Below, in pieces: positions 11,851 through 24,304 of a stretch of DNA of 64,000 nucleotides (positions are counted from its first letter, which is position 1; each line of letters starts with the position of its first letter). This stretch comes from Leucoraja ocellata (taxonomy: Eukaryota). The stretch is from NCBI GenBank assembly GCA_036785375.1, contig JAWMAR010000070.1, positions 4,402,001-4,466,000 of the forward strand, in the 5' to 3' direction. Under the pieces are notes generated by a model, which saw nothing but the letters and a program-made list of their open reading frames with translations, searched no databases and had not been told where the DNA came from. The position numbers and the translations under genes were made by a program.

Positions 11851-11897
11851 CTGGGTTTCATCGTTGTCTTCACCGTGTGATGTATTGCACTTGGATT
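11851..11897 (-). CDS. Gene B cytoplasmic exon 1 (ESKCNTSHGEDNDETQ)
   Basis: TTTTCCAG acceptor, CAG|GTAACA donor; phase 1 to 0 bridges the TM and last exon. Confidence 0.8.
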
Positions 11898-12614
11898 CTG
11901 GAAAATATATTGTCGATAGAGCCATATCAGGAACAGGTTTAAACATCATTCATTCATATATTCCATTCATGTGTTCCATGTACCTTCTATATCTCTCGTT
12001 TCCCTTTCCCCTGACTCTCAATCTGAAGAAGGGTCGCGACTCGAAACGTCACCTGTTCCTTTTCAAGAGTCAAGGGAGTTTTATTGTCATATGTCCCAGA
12101 TAGAACAATGACAATCTTACTTGCTGCAGCACAATAGAATATGTAAACATAGTACATAACGGGAGAGAAAAAAAAGTTCAGTGTGTATATATACACATAC
12201 ACACATACTCAATCTGCTTATTTTATCCAGCTAAGCTGAGAACTACTATATTTGATGATTTTCTGTTGCGCTGCTGGCAAAATGTCGCTTCTGACCCGCT
12301 AATTGCTAGAGCATTTAATGTTCATCTTCAGTATTAACCACCATGTGCAGTTCCTTCCAACACACAAACATCTACATGTTTTGTGCAAGACGTTATATTT
12401 AGGAGAACCCCAAAAGTACTTCAGTATATTTGCACGTACGGAGTAAGTGTATGCCCTCTTGTTCTGGTTACTCTACGTAATGTTCAGAATGGATCATATT
12501 CCCTGTGCTCTACCCATTCCACCCTAAAGCTACCTAAACCTACCTGATCTCCCTGTTGCTCAAAATTTAAATCCACCTCCCATTCCCACACTAACTATTC
12601 TGTCCTGGGCCTCA

Positions 12615-13265
12615 TCCGGATGTTAGACTAACTGGTCTGTAATTCCCCGTTTTCTCTCTCGCTCTCTTTTTAAAAAGTGGAGTTACATTAGCTACCCTCC
12701 AATCCTCAGTAACTACTCCAGAATCTAAAGAGTTTTGAAAAATTATCACTAATGCATCCACAATTTCTAGGGCTACTTCCTTAAGTACTCTGGGATGCAG
12801 CCTCCTATCTTGCCCAGGGAATTTATCGGCCTTTAATCCATTCAATTGACCAAACACCACTTCCCGGCTAACCTGGATTTCACTCAGTTCCTCCATCTCA
12901 TTTGACCCCTGGTCTCCTGCTATTTCCGGCTGATTATTTATGTCTTCCTTACTGAAGACAGAACCAAAGTAGTTATTCAATTGGTCTGCCATGTCCTTGT
13001 TCCCCATGATCAATTCACCTGTTTCTGACTGCAAGGGACCTACATTTGTTTTAACTAATCTTTTTCTCTTCACATATCGATAAACACTTTTGCAGTCAGT
13101 TTTTATGTTCCCTGCCAGTTTTCTTTCATAATCTATTTTCCCTTTCCTAATTAAGCCCGTTGTCCTCCTCTGTGGACTCTGAATTTCCCCCTCTCCTCTT
13201 GTATGCTGCTTTTTTCTGGCTAATTTGTATGCTTATTCTTTTGTTTTGATACTATCCCTGATTTC
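12615..13265 (-). mobile_element. CR1 LINE internal fragment
   Basis: ORF 12612-13073: LHPRVLKEVA..DWRVANVTPLFKK..GNYRPVSLTS. Confidence 0.92.
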
Positions 13266-13570
13266 AGCTCTGTGAACCTTCAAGTTTTCATCGGCAGCGG
13301 AGATAGTTGGCAGTTTCAAGTTCATGGGTGTTCACATCTTGGATTACCTGCCCAGGCTAGACCTGCCCTGCCTCAACTACCTCCTCTGGCAGCTCCTGCC
13401 ATATACCCACTGTGTGATGCAGGTATGTCGTACGTTTTCTATGTCCCTGTGAAGCTGCAGGCGTGATCTTCATTGCAACTGTAAATCTTACTTCTACCTA
13501 ACCTCTTAGTTCTCATGCATCTCTGCTATTTCACACTCAGTTTCTGTGCAATTATGTTAAAATAACTCAC

Positions 13571-13659
13571 CATTGGTTTTACGCTTTCGGTACCAAAAGA
13601 AGGCAATGATGAGAATCAGGAGAAGCACAGTGACACCAGCCACAACTATGTAAATGATC
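13571..13659 (-). CDS. Gene B TM exon, uncharged (IIYIVVAGVTVLLLILIIAFFWY-RKRKTN)
   Basis: CCGACAG acceptor, G|GTGAGT donor, 89 nt phase 2 to 1; 23 hydrophobic residues then a basic stop-transfer. Confidence 0.92.
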
Positions 13660-13999
13660 CTGTCGGATAGAGAATAGGGAAGGGTGAGACTTGGCTCATC
13701 ATTGATTCTTGGCCTTCAGTAAAGAACAAAAGTCAAGCATTTATGTGTCAAGCCTTTCATGATTTTTCTGAAGTGTGTTGCAAAGGAAATTAAGTGTAGA
13801 GTCTGTTTCGGTGGGTAATGCAGCAACTAATCTGCTCACAGTAAGGTGACATTGACCAAGAATCGTGAAACTGGTTGAAGAGCAATTGGGTTCAACCATT
13901 AAGAAATCCTCCCTCCTCCTTCACAATGCATGGGAACTGTTACACTTTAATAATAATGATTACTTTAGTTTAGTTTAGTTTAATTTAATTTATTTTATT

Positions 14000-14290
14000 T
14001 TAGAGATACAGCATGCAAACAGGACTTTCGGACCACCAAATCGGCGTCGACCAGCAATCACCATGTATTAGATCTACCCGAAACATTAGAGACAATTTAC
14101 AGAAGCCAATTAACCTACGAACCTGCATGCCTTTGGAATGTGGGGGAAAAAACGGGAACATCTGGAGAACACCCACGTGGACACTGAGAGAACGAACAAA
14201 CTCCGTACATACAGCAACTGTAGTCAGGATCGATCACAAGTTTCTGGGGCAGTAAGGCAGCAACTACATCGCTGTCCGACCATGCCACAG
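14000..14290 (-). mobile_element. HE1/V-SINE
   Basis: V-domain core and (gttta)n tail. Confidence 0.7.
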
Positions 14291-15204
14291 TTATTGGAGA
14301 TTTCATATCTGACAGCTAGCACGCTACCCTCCCTCAGTACTGCAAAGGTGTGGTACCCGATTTACCCTAATATTTGCAGCTATCCTTGAAACCACCACTT
14401 TGTGAACACGGCTCTACATCCCTATTCCAACCTCGGCGGAGAGAACACGATGCCAAAGAGAAAACAATGCACTTTCAACAAATCTCACCCCAATGCCATT
14501 TACATCTCCATCTCCACCAACATTGGTTTGGGCAGTGACTGCTCGTTTAGGGCTGTCTGGAATATGGAACATCTACAACATATCCAGAAGGCGGCTCACC
14601 ATGACCATCTCAAGGTCAGCAGTGTGACCTAACGTGCCTCCCACACAGGGTCACGTTCTAGGTGGAGACACTTCCTGCTGTTGGAGTGACTCACATTGAG
14701 ACTTTGACAAACTCCGCAAGTTGGTGTTTTAGCCCATAATTCCCTATGCATTTTCCTATCAGTACCACACCACAGCAGGTCACAGCAAGGCAACGCAGCA
14801 ATAGTTGTGTTTGGCAACTATACTCATCTCACACCATGGGATGAGGTTAGTGATGGAGACCTCATGGTGAATACCACAGGGAACGCCCTATAGAAACATA
14901 GAAACATGGAAAATAGGTGCAGGAGGATGCCATTCGGCCCTTTGAGTCTGCTCCGCCATACATTGTGATAATGGCTGATCGTCCCCAATCAATAACCCCT
15001 GCCTGCCTTCTCCCCATATCCCTTGATTCCACCAGCCCCTAGAGCTCTATCTAGCAAGAGAGGGTTAGATACTTGACGCCGTACGTCACGCGCGAACAGC
15101 CCGCGGACTTCGCTCGAACTTCACGTCACTCACTCGACCTCCGCGCAGCCCCCGCGTCCAGTTTGGTCGCGCTTGCCGCTTGTAGGTCGCATGCTGGTGG
15201 GACC

Positions 15205-15830
15205 GCCCCTCCACATCAGCAAGACAAAATGGTGACTGGACGATCGTTTCACTGAACACATACGCTCAGTCCGCCTGGGATTATATGATCTCCCAGTTGC
15301 TAAACTATTTAACTCCCCCTCCCATTCCCACACTGACTGTTCTATTCTGGGCTTTCTCCATTGCCAGAATGAGGCCGAATGGAACTTGGAGGAACAGCAC
15401 CACACATTTCGCTTGGGCATCTTACAGCCAAGCGGCATAAATATTGATTTCTATAACTTCAAATAACCCTTGCATCCCCTCTCTCTCCGTCCCTCCCCCA
15501 CCCTAGTCATTGTACGAATTTCACTGTTGTCTTGTAGTGTTTCATTGTCTGTACAACTCGTTTTCTCCTAGCCCACAGCTAACTATGGATCGTTTCATTC
15601 ATCATCGTTACTTTTGTTGCATACCTTTCATTCAATGTTTTATATCTTTCTATATCACCGTCGATGTCAATCTTGTTTCCCTTTCCCCTGACTCTCACTC
15701 TGAAGAAGGGTCTCAACCTAAAACGTCACCTATTCCTTTTCTCCAAAGATGCTTGTCTGACCCGACGAGTTACTCCAGTTGTTTGTATCTATATTCAGTT
15801 TAAACCAGCATCTGCAGTTCCTTCCAACAC
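15205..15830 (+). mobile_element. Penelope-like element 3' fragment (GIY-YIG end + terminal repeat)
   Basis: DRFTEHIRSV..LEEQHHTFRLGILQPSG-type sequence, then tctgaagaagggtctcaacctaaaacgtcacc. Confidence 0.75.
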
Positions 15831-16057
15831 AATGAAAGTCGAAATTTGCAGAACACACATAGATGGCACCTAAGTTCAGAGTCTTGGCTTTGTGAGGCTG
15901 TGGTTCCACTGGCTGTGTCTGTGCATTCAGATCAATAATCGCAAGGGCCTTTAATGCCAGTGAACGGAGGAACCAACTTTCTCCCAATTGAAGTAATCCC
16001 AATCAAAACACCAGCAATTAGTACATGGCACCTTTCATTGGAATCAGAGTAGTTTAC

Positions 16058-16106
16058 CTTGATAAAGCATTGGATCCTTTCGAAGTTTCACAAGAATATT
16101 CATGTC
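16058..16106 (-). CDS. Gene B Cys mini-exon (GHEYSCETSKGSNALS)
   Basis: Polypyrimidine-AACAG acceptor, AG|GTAAAC donor, 49 nt phase 1 to 2; conserved in genes C and D. Confidence 0.85.
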
Positions 16107-16289
16107 CTGTTAGAACAAGGAAATAAAAATCAGTTTCACTGATTTTCACTTGCAGTTGAAGAAGAGAACATGCTTGTCCGATGTAAGGAGTTTATAGATT
16201 TAATAGACAGGGCAATGTTTCTCCAGTGTAATTTGCAGCAAATGGGAGATGCTTGCACAACTCAGGTACAACTCAGGTCGCCAACATTA

Positions 16290-16510
16290 GGGCGGCATAG
16301 CGGTAGAGTTGCTGCATTACAGCGCCAGAGACCCGGGTTCAATCCTGACTACGGGTACAATCTGCACTGACTTCGTATATTCTCCCTGTGACCGCGTGGG
16401 TTTTATTCAAATGCTCCGGTTTTCTCCCACATTCTAAAGTCGTGCAGGTTTTGAGGTTAATTGCCTTCTGTAAATTGTCCCTAGTGAGTGGGATGGAATT
16501 GGTGCACCGG
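16290..16510 (+). mobile_element. HE1/V-SINE (corresponding copies ~28500-28770, 46338-46600)
   Basis: tRNA-like head gcggtagagttgctgc..gggttcaatcctgac plus V-domain core. Confidence 0.8.
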
Positions 16511-17505
16511 TTAAAGGCAGTTGCTTCCACCTGGATTTCTAAACCAAACTAAAGGAGGTGATTTCATGCGAGGGATAGTGCCTGGGATGAAACATTACAG
16601 TTCGAAGGAGAAGGCTTGATACATGGGGATTTTACTCCATATAGGAAAAGAAGGGGGAACCTATTACCGGTGTGTAAAGCTACGAGGAACTTAGATAGGG
16701 TACTTTGTGGGAAATCAGCACAGCAGATGTACGAAGAAGTGGAGAACATAGGGTTGGGTTAAGGAGTAGAATATTTGGAGGGTATCTGAGCAAGAAGTAT
16801 TTTTAAGCTTAGATAGTGGAGGCACTTGGATTGTCAACTCTGAGAAGACTGTGGATGAGGGGCTGGTAAAATGGATTAGTATCGATGGTACTGAATGCTC
16901 AACATTAACACAGTGAACCAAAGCTGATAGGAGTTAATTCTATGAGGTAACTGCGGCCACATTTACTGATAATTCCTGTTCCCTTCCCATATTTGAGTGT
17001 CGGTCATGTGGAGATGATGGAAAGTGAAAGTGCTTGGACTGATGTCACTACAAACCTAGTTTAAAGCTGTGTAAACATAAGAAGAAGTTCTAGCCCGGAA
17101 GCTGGCCTACACCAGCACTGGGGAATCTGTGGCTGGAGCCCAGCAACCAAGTATTGACAAATGGGCCATAATTCCATCATTTTAATCTTGATAACTTAAT
17201 TAAATAATGTGCATGGATATCAGAGTGTCGGGGCTACGGGGAGAGGGCAGGAGAATGGGGTGAAGAGGGGAAGATACATCAGCCATGATTGAATGGTCTA
17301 TCTCTGCTTCTATCACAAGTGATCCTATGAACCACCCCACCCCCACTTCCCCTTCTTCTCCCCATTCCCTTCACTACTTATAATTTGTTTGGTTGTTTTG
17401 TTGTTTGTCTTTTGCACAAAAGTCCGCGAGCATTGCCACTTTCATTTCACTGCACATCTCGTATGTGTATGTGACAAATACACTTGACTTGACTTGACTA
17501 CTTAC

Positions 17506-17826
17506 CAGTGCCGTTGATTTTCACCAGGAAACTGCAGGGCACGTCACTGCTGGAGATGGACACGTTGACCATTTCACTGAATTTTGTTCCATTATTATTT
17601 GAGGTTGTGCAATAATATTGATGGTGCTGGTGTTTGAAGGATTGACAATGTAGATCCAGGGTATTGTTGTCTGAGATCTTTGAATCCCCAGATGGGGTCT
17701 TTTCATACCAGCTGTAGTTAATGGGAAGGGATCCCCGGACCGACTCACAGGACACTGTCACTGAGCCCCCGAGACAGGAGACATTGGCTGGTGACAGAAT
17801 CCCAAGCACAGGAACAGACACGGGTT
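17506..17826 (-). CDS. Gene B C2-like Ig exon (type b)
   Basis: CCCACAG|AA acceptor, G|GTAAGT donor, 321 nt; VTVSCESVRGSLPINYSW..YYC. Confidence 0.92.
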
Positions 17827-18819
17827 CTGTGGGAAAGGAGCAAACAGTCAGACAGTCAGTGAACATCTGAAAATCAAACACTCGCCAATATCCACCATCT
17901 CTGTATCTTCGCCAGAGCCGCCAGGTTGGAATCTGACCCATCCATCTACTTAGAGTCATAGAGGCATATAGTGTAGAAGCTGGCCAACATGTCCAACCAC
18001 ACTAGTTCCACCTGCCCTTGCTTAGCCCATAAGCTTCCAAACGCAAGAGACTGTGCATTTACTCGATCTATTCGTCGCGTGATTTTGTAGCTGCCGTAAG
18101 ATCATCACTCATCCTCCTGTTCTCCCAGAAATAATGTCCTAGTCTGCTCAATCCCTCCCTGGAGTTCAGGCACTCAAGTCATGGCAGCATCCTTGTAAAT
18201 CTTCTCTGCACCCAATCTTACTTGATAGCATCTTTCCTATAACATGGTGATGAATACTGACCACAGAGCAGACATATCATCAGACAATCTTCGATTCTCT
18301 TTTACATTTCAGGAATTGCCAGCAGGAAAGAGGGAGCATTGTTTATATAACTGTCGGACCCATCCCATCTACATAGATTCGTAGAGTCATACAGTAGAAA
18401 CCTCGGCCTAACTTGCCCGCGGGAACCAACACGCCAAATCTACACTAGTTCCACCTGTCCTTTCTTGGCCCTTAATCCTCTAAACATATCCTATTCATGT
18501 GACTGTCCAATATTTTCTGAAATGTTACGATAGTACCTGCCATAACTACTTCCGTCGGCAGTTCGTTTCATGGACCTACCAACCTTTGTGTAAACACGTT
18601 ACTCGCCAGGTTCCTGTTAAACCATTCACCCCTGATATGAAAACTATGTCCTCCGGTTCCCGATTCCCCTACTCAAGGTTTCCCGACCCCCGCCCGTTCC
18701 CCGCAGATCTCTGCACTGCTGCGGAGCCTCGGGATATCGGTGCTGCCCTGACCCTTCCCGGAGAGAACATAGATAAGGCATTTCAGTGGAGACGTCAAGT
18801 CAATCGCTGCGAAACGTAC

Positions 18820-19140
18820 CGTCAGATACTTGGAGATGTACGTTAAATATTGGACGGTCGCCAGGTGTAGTAATTCCACAGCTGTACCATCCTGTATCTC
18901 CAGAGTGAAGATCCTCCACAGTCACAGCAAATATTCTTAGTGCCGGTATATCTGTGATTGACACTCTTCCACTCCGTCGGTTTTGCCCATTTGTTTCCAC
19001 TGAAACTCTACATGGGCGATTCCTCCCACGGCACCAGTATTTTGTGCGTGAGCGGTACTCTGCTGCATAGTGACAATCGATTGTGATCGCTCTTCCCACA
19101 ACTCCACTTACATCCCTCTCTGCCCACACTGCATCTGAAA
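18820..19140 (-). CDS. Gene B V3 exon
   Basis: ORF 18800-19129, canonical boundaries, 321 nt. Confidence 0.92.
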
Positions 19141-19289
19141 CTGAGGGGAGAAACTTTCAGATCAACCACAGATCAAACAACACTTGTTCCTCACTGGGAT
19201 TATTAGTTTGAGTCTGAATGCAAATTTCTCAAGGGTGACATTTCATACAGTTCAGAGGAAGGTGCCACTTGAAGTGAAAAGTAAAGTTA

Positions 19290-19700
19290 AATCCCACTTT
19301 TCAAGAAAGGAGCGAGAGAGAAAACGGGAAATTACAGAGCAGTTAGCCTGACTTCGGTGCGGGGAAGATGCCGGATTCAATTATTAAAGAGGTAATAATG
19401 GGGCATTTGGATAGCAGTAAAATAATTAGTCCAAGTCAGCATAGATTTATGAAAGGAAAATCATGCCTGACTAATCTTCTGGATTTTTTTGAGGATGTGG
19501 CAAGTAAAATGGACGAAGGTGAGCCAGTGAATGTAGGGTATCTAGACTTCAAGAAATCCTTTGTTAAGGTTCCGCACGGGAGACTGGTGACTAAATTGAG
19601 AGCGCATGGAAGGGTGTTGGCGTGGATAGGAAATTGGTTGGCAGACAGGAAGCAAAGGGTAGGAGTGAACGGGTCCTTTTCAGAATGGCGGGAAGTGGCG
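19290..19700 (+). mobile_element. CR1 RT fragment in the V2-V3 intron (also ~36065-36473, 53130-53540)
   Basis: GKSCLTNLLDFFE..YLDFKK..VPHGRL. Confidence 0.9.
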
Positions 19701-19739
19701 AGTCAGTGGAGACGACCAGTCAATCGCTGCGAAACGTAC

Positions 19740-20060
19740 CGTCAGATACATGGAGTTCTACGGTGAACATTGGGCGGCCGTTAGATGTTGCAATTCCACA
19801 TCTGTACCAGCCTGTATCGCCAGAGAGAAGATCCTCCACAGTCACAGTAAATATTCCTCGTGCCCGGTTATCTGTGATTGACACTCTTCCACTCCTTCCG
19901 CGTAGCCCATTCGTTTCCACCATATCTGTACATTGGCGACTCTGCACACGGCACCAGTATTTTGTGTGTGAGCGGTACTCTGCTGCATAGTGACAATCGA
20001 TTGTAAACGCACTTCCCACAACTGTTCTTACATACGTCTCTCCCCACACTGCAACTGAAA
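19740..20060 (-). CDS. Gene B V2 exon
   Basis: ORF 19720-20049, canonical boundaries. Confidence 0.92.
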
Positions 20061-20662
20061 CTGAGGGGAGAAACTTTCAGATGGAGAGCAAATCAACAGT
20101 TTAATGGAAATAGATACATTTCGAAGATTACATGAAAGAAAACTTAAATAGTTCCATGATGTGTCATATTGCTTCACGGCCAATGTCTCCTGTCTGAAGT
20201 GCAGACAGTGCTGTTATTGTACCAGTTGTGTCAGTGTTCTATCCCCGGGTCAGTGCAATTAGGGTTCACTTCCCACTCCAGATCCCTGAGCAGAAACGGG
20301 GCTGGGATCGCAATGCGGTACTGAGGGAGCGCGGCAGTGTTGCAGGAGCTGCCTTTTAACAATCCCAGGCGGTGCCCGGCCTCTCACCCCACGAAAGACC
20401 CCACTTTGCTATTTCATTGGCGGTGACAATTTCTTCACAGCAGTTATCAGGCATCTGAATCATCCTACCACGCCCAGAGATCTGTCCTGAACTCCCATCT
20501 ACCTCTTTGACGACCCTCGGACCGCCCTTGATCGGACTTAGCTGCCTTTACCTTACACTAAACGTTATTTAATATTCATGTATCTATGCACTGTAGGAGT
20601 ATCGATTGTAACCCTGTATTGTCTTTCTCCTGGAGACGTCAATCAATCGCTGCGAAACGTAC

Positions 20663-20983
20663 CGTCGGATACTTCGAGATGAACGTTAAATATTGGATGG
20701 TCGGCAGATGTTGTAATTCCACATCTGTACCATCCTGTATCTCCATCCTGAAGATCGTCCACAGTCACAGTAAATATTCCTCGTGCCGGGTTATCTGTGA
20801 TTGACACTCTTCCACTCCGTCCGTGTTGCTCATTTGTTTCCACCAAAACTGTACATTGGAGACTCCTCCCACGGCACCAGTATTTTGTGTGTGAGTGGTA
20901 CTCTGCTGCATAGTAACAATCGATTGTGGTCGCTGTTCCCACAACTCCTCTTACATCCCACTTTGCCCACAGTGCACCTGAAA
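20663..20983 (-). CDS. Gene B V1 exon
   Basis: ORF 20643-20942 extended to the acceptor at 20983. Confidence 0.92.
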
Positions 20984-21053
20984 CTGAGGGGAGAAACTTT
21001 CAGATGGAGAGCAATGAACTGTTTAATGGAAATAGATACATTTTGAAGATTAC

Positions 21054-21754
21054 TTCTTCATATAAACGACTTCATCGCCTCCAATGCATTCAAAACTCTG
21101 CAGCCCGGATCATCACCCGCACCAGATCATCGGACCACATCACACCCATCCTCACTCAGCTCCACTGGCTCCCTGTGCACCACCGGATTAACTATAAGAA
21201 TTTACTGCTGACCTTCAAAGCCCTACACCACCTTGCTCCCCAATACCTCTCTGACCTGCTGCTACCATACACTCCTTCCCGGTCACTTCGTTCCTCCTCA
21301 GCTGCAATTTTAACTGTCCCCACATTTAGACTCGGCACAATGGTTGCCAGAGCCTTTGGCTGCTTTGCCCCACGTCTCTGGAACACTCTCCCACCTCCCT
21401 TCCGTCACCTGGACACTATCGATCAATTCAAATCACAACTCAAAACACACCTGTTTAGATTAGCATACCCGACATAACTTCCACCATGTTCACCCTGATT
21501 TTAATGACTTAAAATATTTTGTGTATTTTTTTGTTTTTTGTTTTTTGGCAACTTAATTTTAATATTGATAATTGTATTGTGATTTTATGTCCTGTAAGGT
21601 GTCCTTGGGTGTCCAGAGNNNNNNNNNNNNNNNNNNNNNNNNNNNNNNNNNNNNNNNNNNNNNNNNNNNNNNNNNNNNNNNNNNNNNNNNNNNNNNNNNN
21701 NNNNNNNNNNNNNNNNNNNNNNNNNNNNNNNNNNNNNNNNNNNNNNNNNNNNNN
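21054..21754 (+). mobile_element. L2 3' fragment (same insertion as 657-1329); tail falls in the N gap
   Basis: ORF 20926-21477. Confidence 0.88.
21619..21754. other. Assembly gap (136 N) at the expected (ATT)n microsatellite
   Basis: Flanks match the (ATT)n flanks in genes A and D. Confidence 0.95.
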
Positions 21755-23253
21755 AAATCGTTCCATGATGTGTCATATTGATTCACGGCCAATGTCTCCG
21801 GTCTGAATTGCAGGCAGTGCTGTTATTGTTCCAGTTGTGTCAGTGTTCTGTCCCCGGTTCAGTACAATTTGGGTTCACTTCCCACTCCAGATCCCTGAGC
21901 AGAAACTGGGCTGGGATCGCAGTGCGGTACTGAGGGAGCGCGGCAGTGTTGCAGGAGCTGCCTTTCAACAATCCCAGGCGGTGCCCGGCCTCTCACCCCA
22001 CAGAAATACCCCACTTTGCTATTTAATTGACGGTGCCGCCGGCTACGCTGCCAACATTCATCTCTCAACCGACACTGGGCAGGACCCGTGTTTTTTTAAA
22101 TTATCAAATAATTTATTCAATTACTAAAAATAGTATTTACACTACAATAAAACAAGAACCCAGCACCATAATACAAGACAAACAAATATACTAAATACAC
22201 TACTATACAACTATGTTACAATGCTTGTCAAGGATGTATTCAACCACAGGCGGTGCCCAGATGTCCCGGAAATCCCCCAGGTGCCCGTGGACAGCGCCTG
22301 CTCCTTCTCGAGTCCCACACGGACGCGGAAAGCCGACCCGTGTTTAGACATTCACCGCCGACAATGCTTTCCAACGCCCTGACTGAGAACAGAGGACGGA
22401 CGAGTTGCGGGTCCATTAACGGAGAGCGTTAGTAGCGTGACAACGCACACCGCCAGATTCGGGGAATGTTTCTTCCCAGCTGTAATCAGACATCGGAATC
22501 ATCCTCCCATAACCAGAGAGCAGTGCTGAACTATGTACCTCTTTGGTGACCCTCGGACTACCCTTGATCGGACTTTGCTGGCCTTACCTTACACTAAACG
22601 CTATTTCCCATTCATGTATCTATGCACTGTAAGAGGATCGATTGTAATCATGTATCTGGCAGGTTAGCATGCAACAAAAAGCTTTTCTCTGTACCTCGGT
22701 ACACGTGACAATAAACTGAACTTGGATTTCAGCACGACTGGGCCGCGGATCCGAGAGCGGATGGAGAGAGAGTTGGGGGTGGGTGGATAGAGCGAGGACA
22801 GTGGTTCAGTCTCAGACTCCGGGGAATTTTTGGGTTTGCGACAGAGTTGAGATGGACAAATGCAGGGAATATTTGAACTGACACAATGAGTCCACAATCG
22901 TGACTTCCACCTCTGTGGTAAACACATGTTGTTAGTGTAGAATTAACTTCCTGGTGATGTTAGAACCTCTATCCTTCGGTCCAGGTGGCTTGGAGTATCT
23001 GTTCCAAATACATTCGTTATTTTATGCCTATAATCTATCATCAGGATGCAATTAGACCACGTGTTAGCGGTGGTTAAACTACGAACATTGTCTAGATATT
23101 CAAATGTGATTTCAGATCCATCACCACAATGCACTGGGTTCCATCTCCCCCATTACATGTCTACACACACTTAACCATCTCTGCTGTGGAAAGGGTGCAC
23201 GGGACCCCAAATAACATTGATCATTGGAATATCAGGATCTGGCTTTCACTCAC

Positions 23254-23290
23254 CCGGCAGCGAGGAGATGAGAAGAATGGGAATCCACAT
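23254..23290 (-). CDS. Gene B leader exon
   Basis: MWIPILLISSLP, G|GTGAGT donor. Confidence 0.92.
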
Positions 23291-23392
23291 TGTTTTATCC
23301 ACAGTGACAAGGCCAGCACTTTTCTGTCTGTCACTCAGCTCTGAGCTCTCAGATACAACCGCGTCTCTCAAATAGTAATGACTTAGAAGGGA

Positions 23393-23417
23393 ACAGGAAG
23401 TCAGATCGTGAACCACA
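23393..23417. promoter_or_regulatory. ETS+RUNX composite upstream of gene B
   Basis: ACAGGAAGT 23393-23401, AACCACA 23411-23417. Confidence 0.55.
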
Positions 23418-24210
23418 GCGAGCCAGTAGCAGCTCGACACGATGTAGCGTGAAAGGCTCAGGGTTATATTTAGCAAATGGTTGGGTCAGATGATCACAGA
23501 GTCATACGTCACGGAAACAGGCCCTTCTCCCCAACTCGTTAGACCAATATGCTCATCTAAGTTAGTCAAATTTGCCCACGTTCGACCCATATCTCCCCAA
23601 ACCTTCCCTATCCATGGACCTGGCCAAATGCCCGTTCCATGTTGTTATTGCAGCTGCTTCAGCCACTTCGTCAAGTGTGTTGTATCCGTAAGGATGGAGC
23701 GGCGGTTATCTCTGTACTCAGAGTCTGTTAACACTGAACTGTGGTGGAAATATTGACAGTCAACACCTCTGGAGAAAATGGATAGATGACGTTTCGGGTC
23801 GGGACCCTTCATGTAAACAATGATACGTTGTATAAAATATGCCATTTAGAAGAGTAAAAATTAGGTTCCACTGTACTGTTTTGTACTGTATTAACTTCTA
23901 ATAAAATAAACAAAAAAAAAAAAAAAAAAAAAGAAGAGTAAAAACGTCTAAGATGTGTACACTTCCGGATCATTCCCTCTTGATGATGGACCGGCAGGCC
24001 AAAAACATGGAACATTTGTTTTGGCATATTACTGAAGTGATACACTTAGTGAAGTTAAAGCAAGGTAGAATATGCACGGTGAATTGAATTGTTACCTTGT
24101 CTTCTTCACGTGCTAATAAATTATCAGAGTTGTGGTCATGTACATTCTATTGGTTGATTTTGTACATCTGCTTGCAACGATTTCATTCTGTAGGCAACTA
24201 GTTGCATTAT

Positions 24211-24304
24211 CTGAAGAAGGGTTTCGGCCCGAAACGTTGCCTATTTCCTTCGCTCCATAGATGCTGCTGCATCCGCTGAGTTTCTCCAGTTTTTTTGTGT
24301 ACCT
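24211..24304 (+). mobile_element. 94-bp Penelope-derived mini-element starting at a hammerhead core, 12-bp TSD
   Basis: tagttgYattat at 24199-24210 and 24305-24316; paralogs show the empty site (e.g. 3827-3838); CTGAAGA-A-GGGT-TTCG-GCCC-GAAAC. Confidence 0.8.

Larger units (their letters stand above)
11162..23290 (-). other. Gene B: complete inhibitory receptor, L-V1-V2-V3-C2-miniexon-TM-cyt1-cyt2 (predicted 590 aa, 3 ITIMs)
   Basis: Nine GT-AG exons with matching phases (37+321x4+49+89+47+267 = 1773 nt), no internal stops. Confidence 0.88.

Noticed and set aside
21619-21754. N gap hiding an exon
   Set aside because: The flanks show it replaces only the L2 3' end and (ATT)n tail, of similar length to paralogs.
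11162-23290. Calling the genes PIGR or a specific CD300 ortholog
   Set aside because: The V domains share family motifs, but the C2-like domains, ITIM/Arg-TM pairing and tandem expansion do not fit one-to-one orthology; no symbol assigned without a phylogeny.
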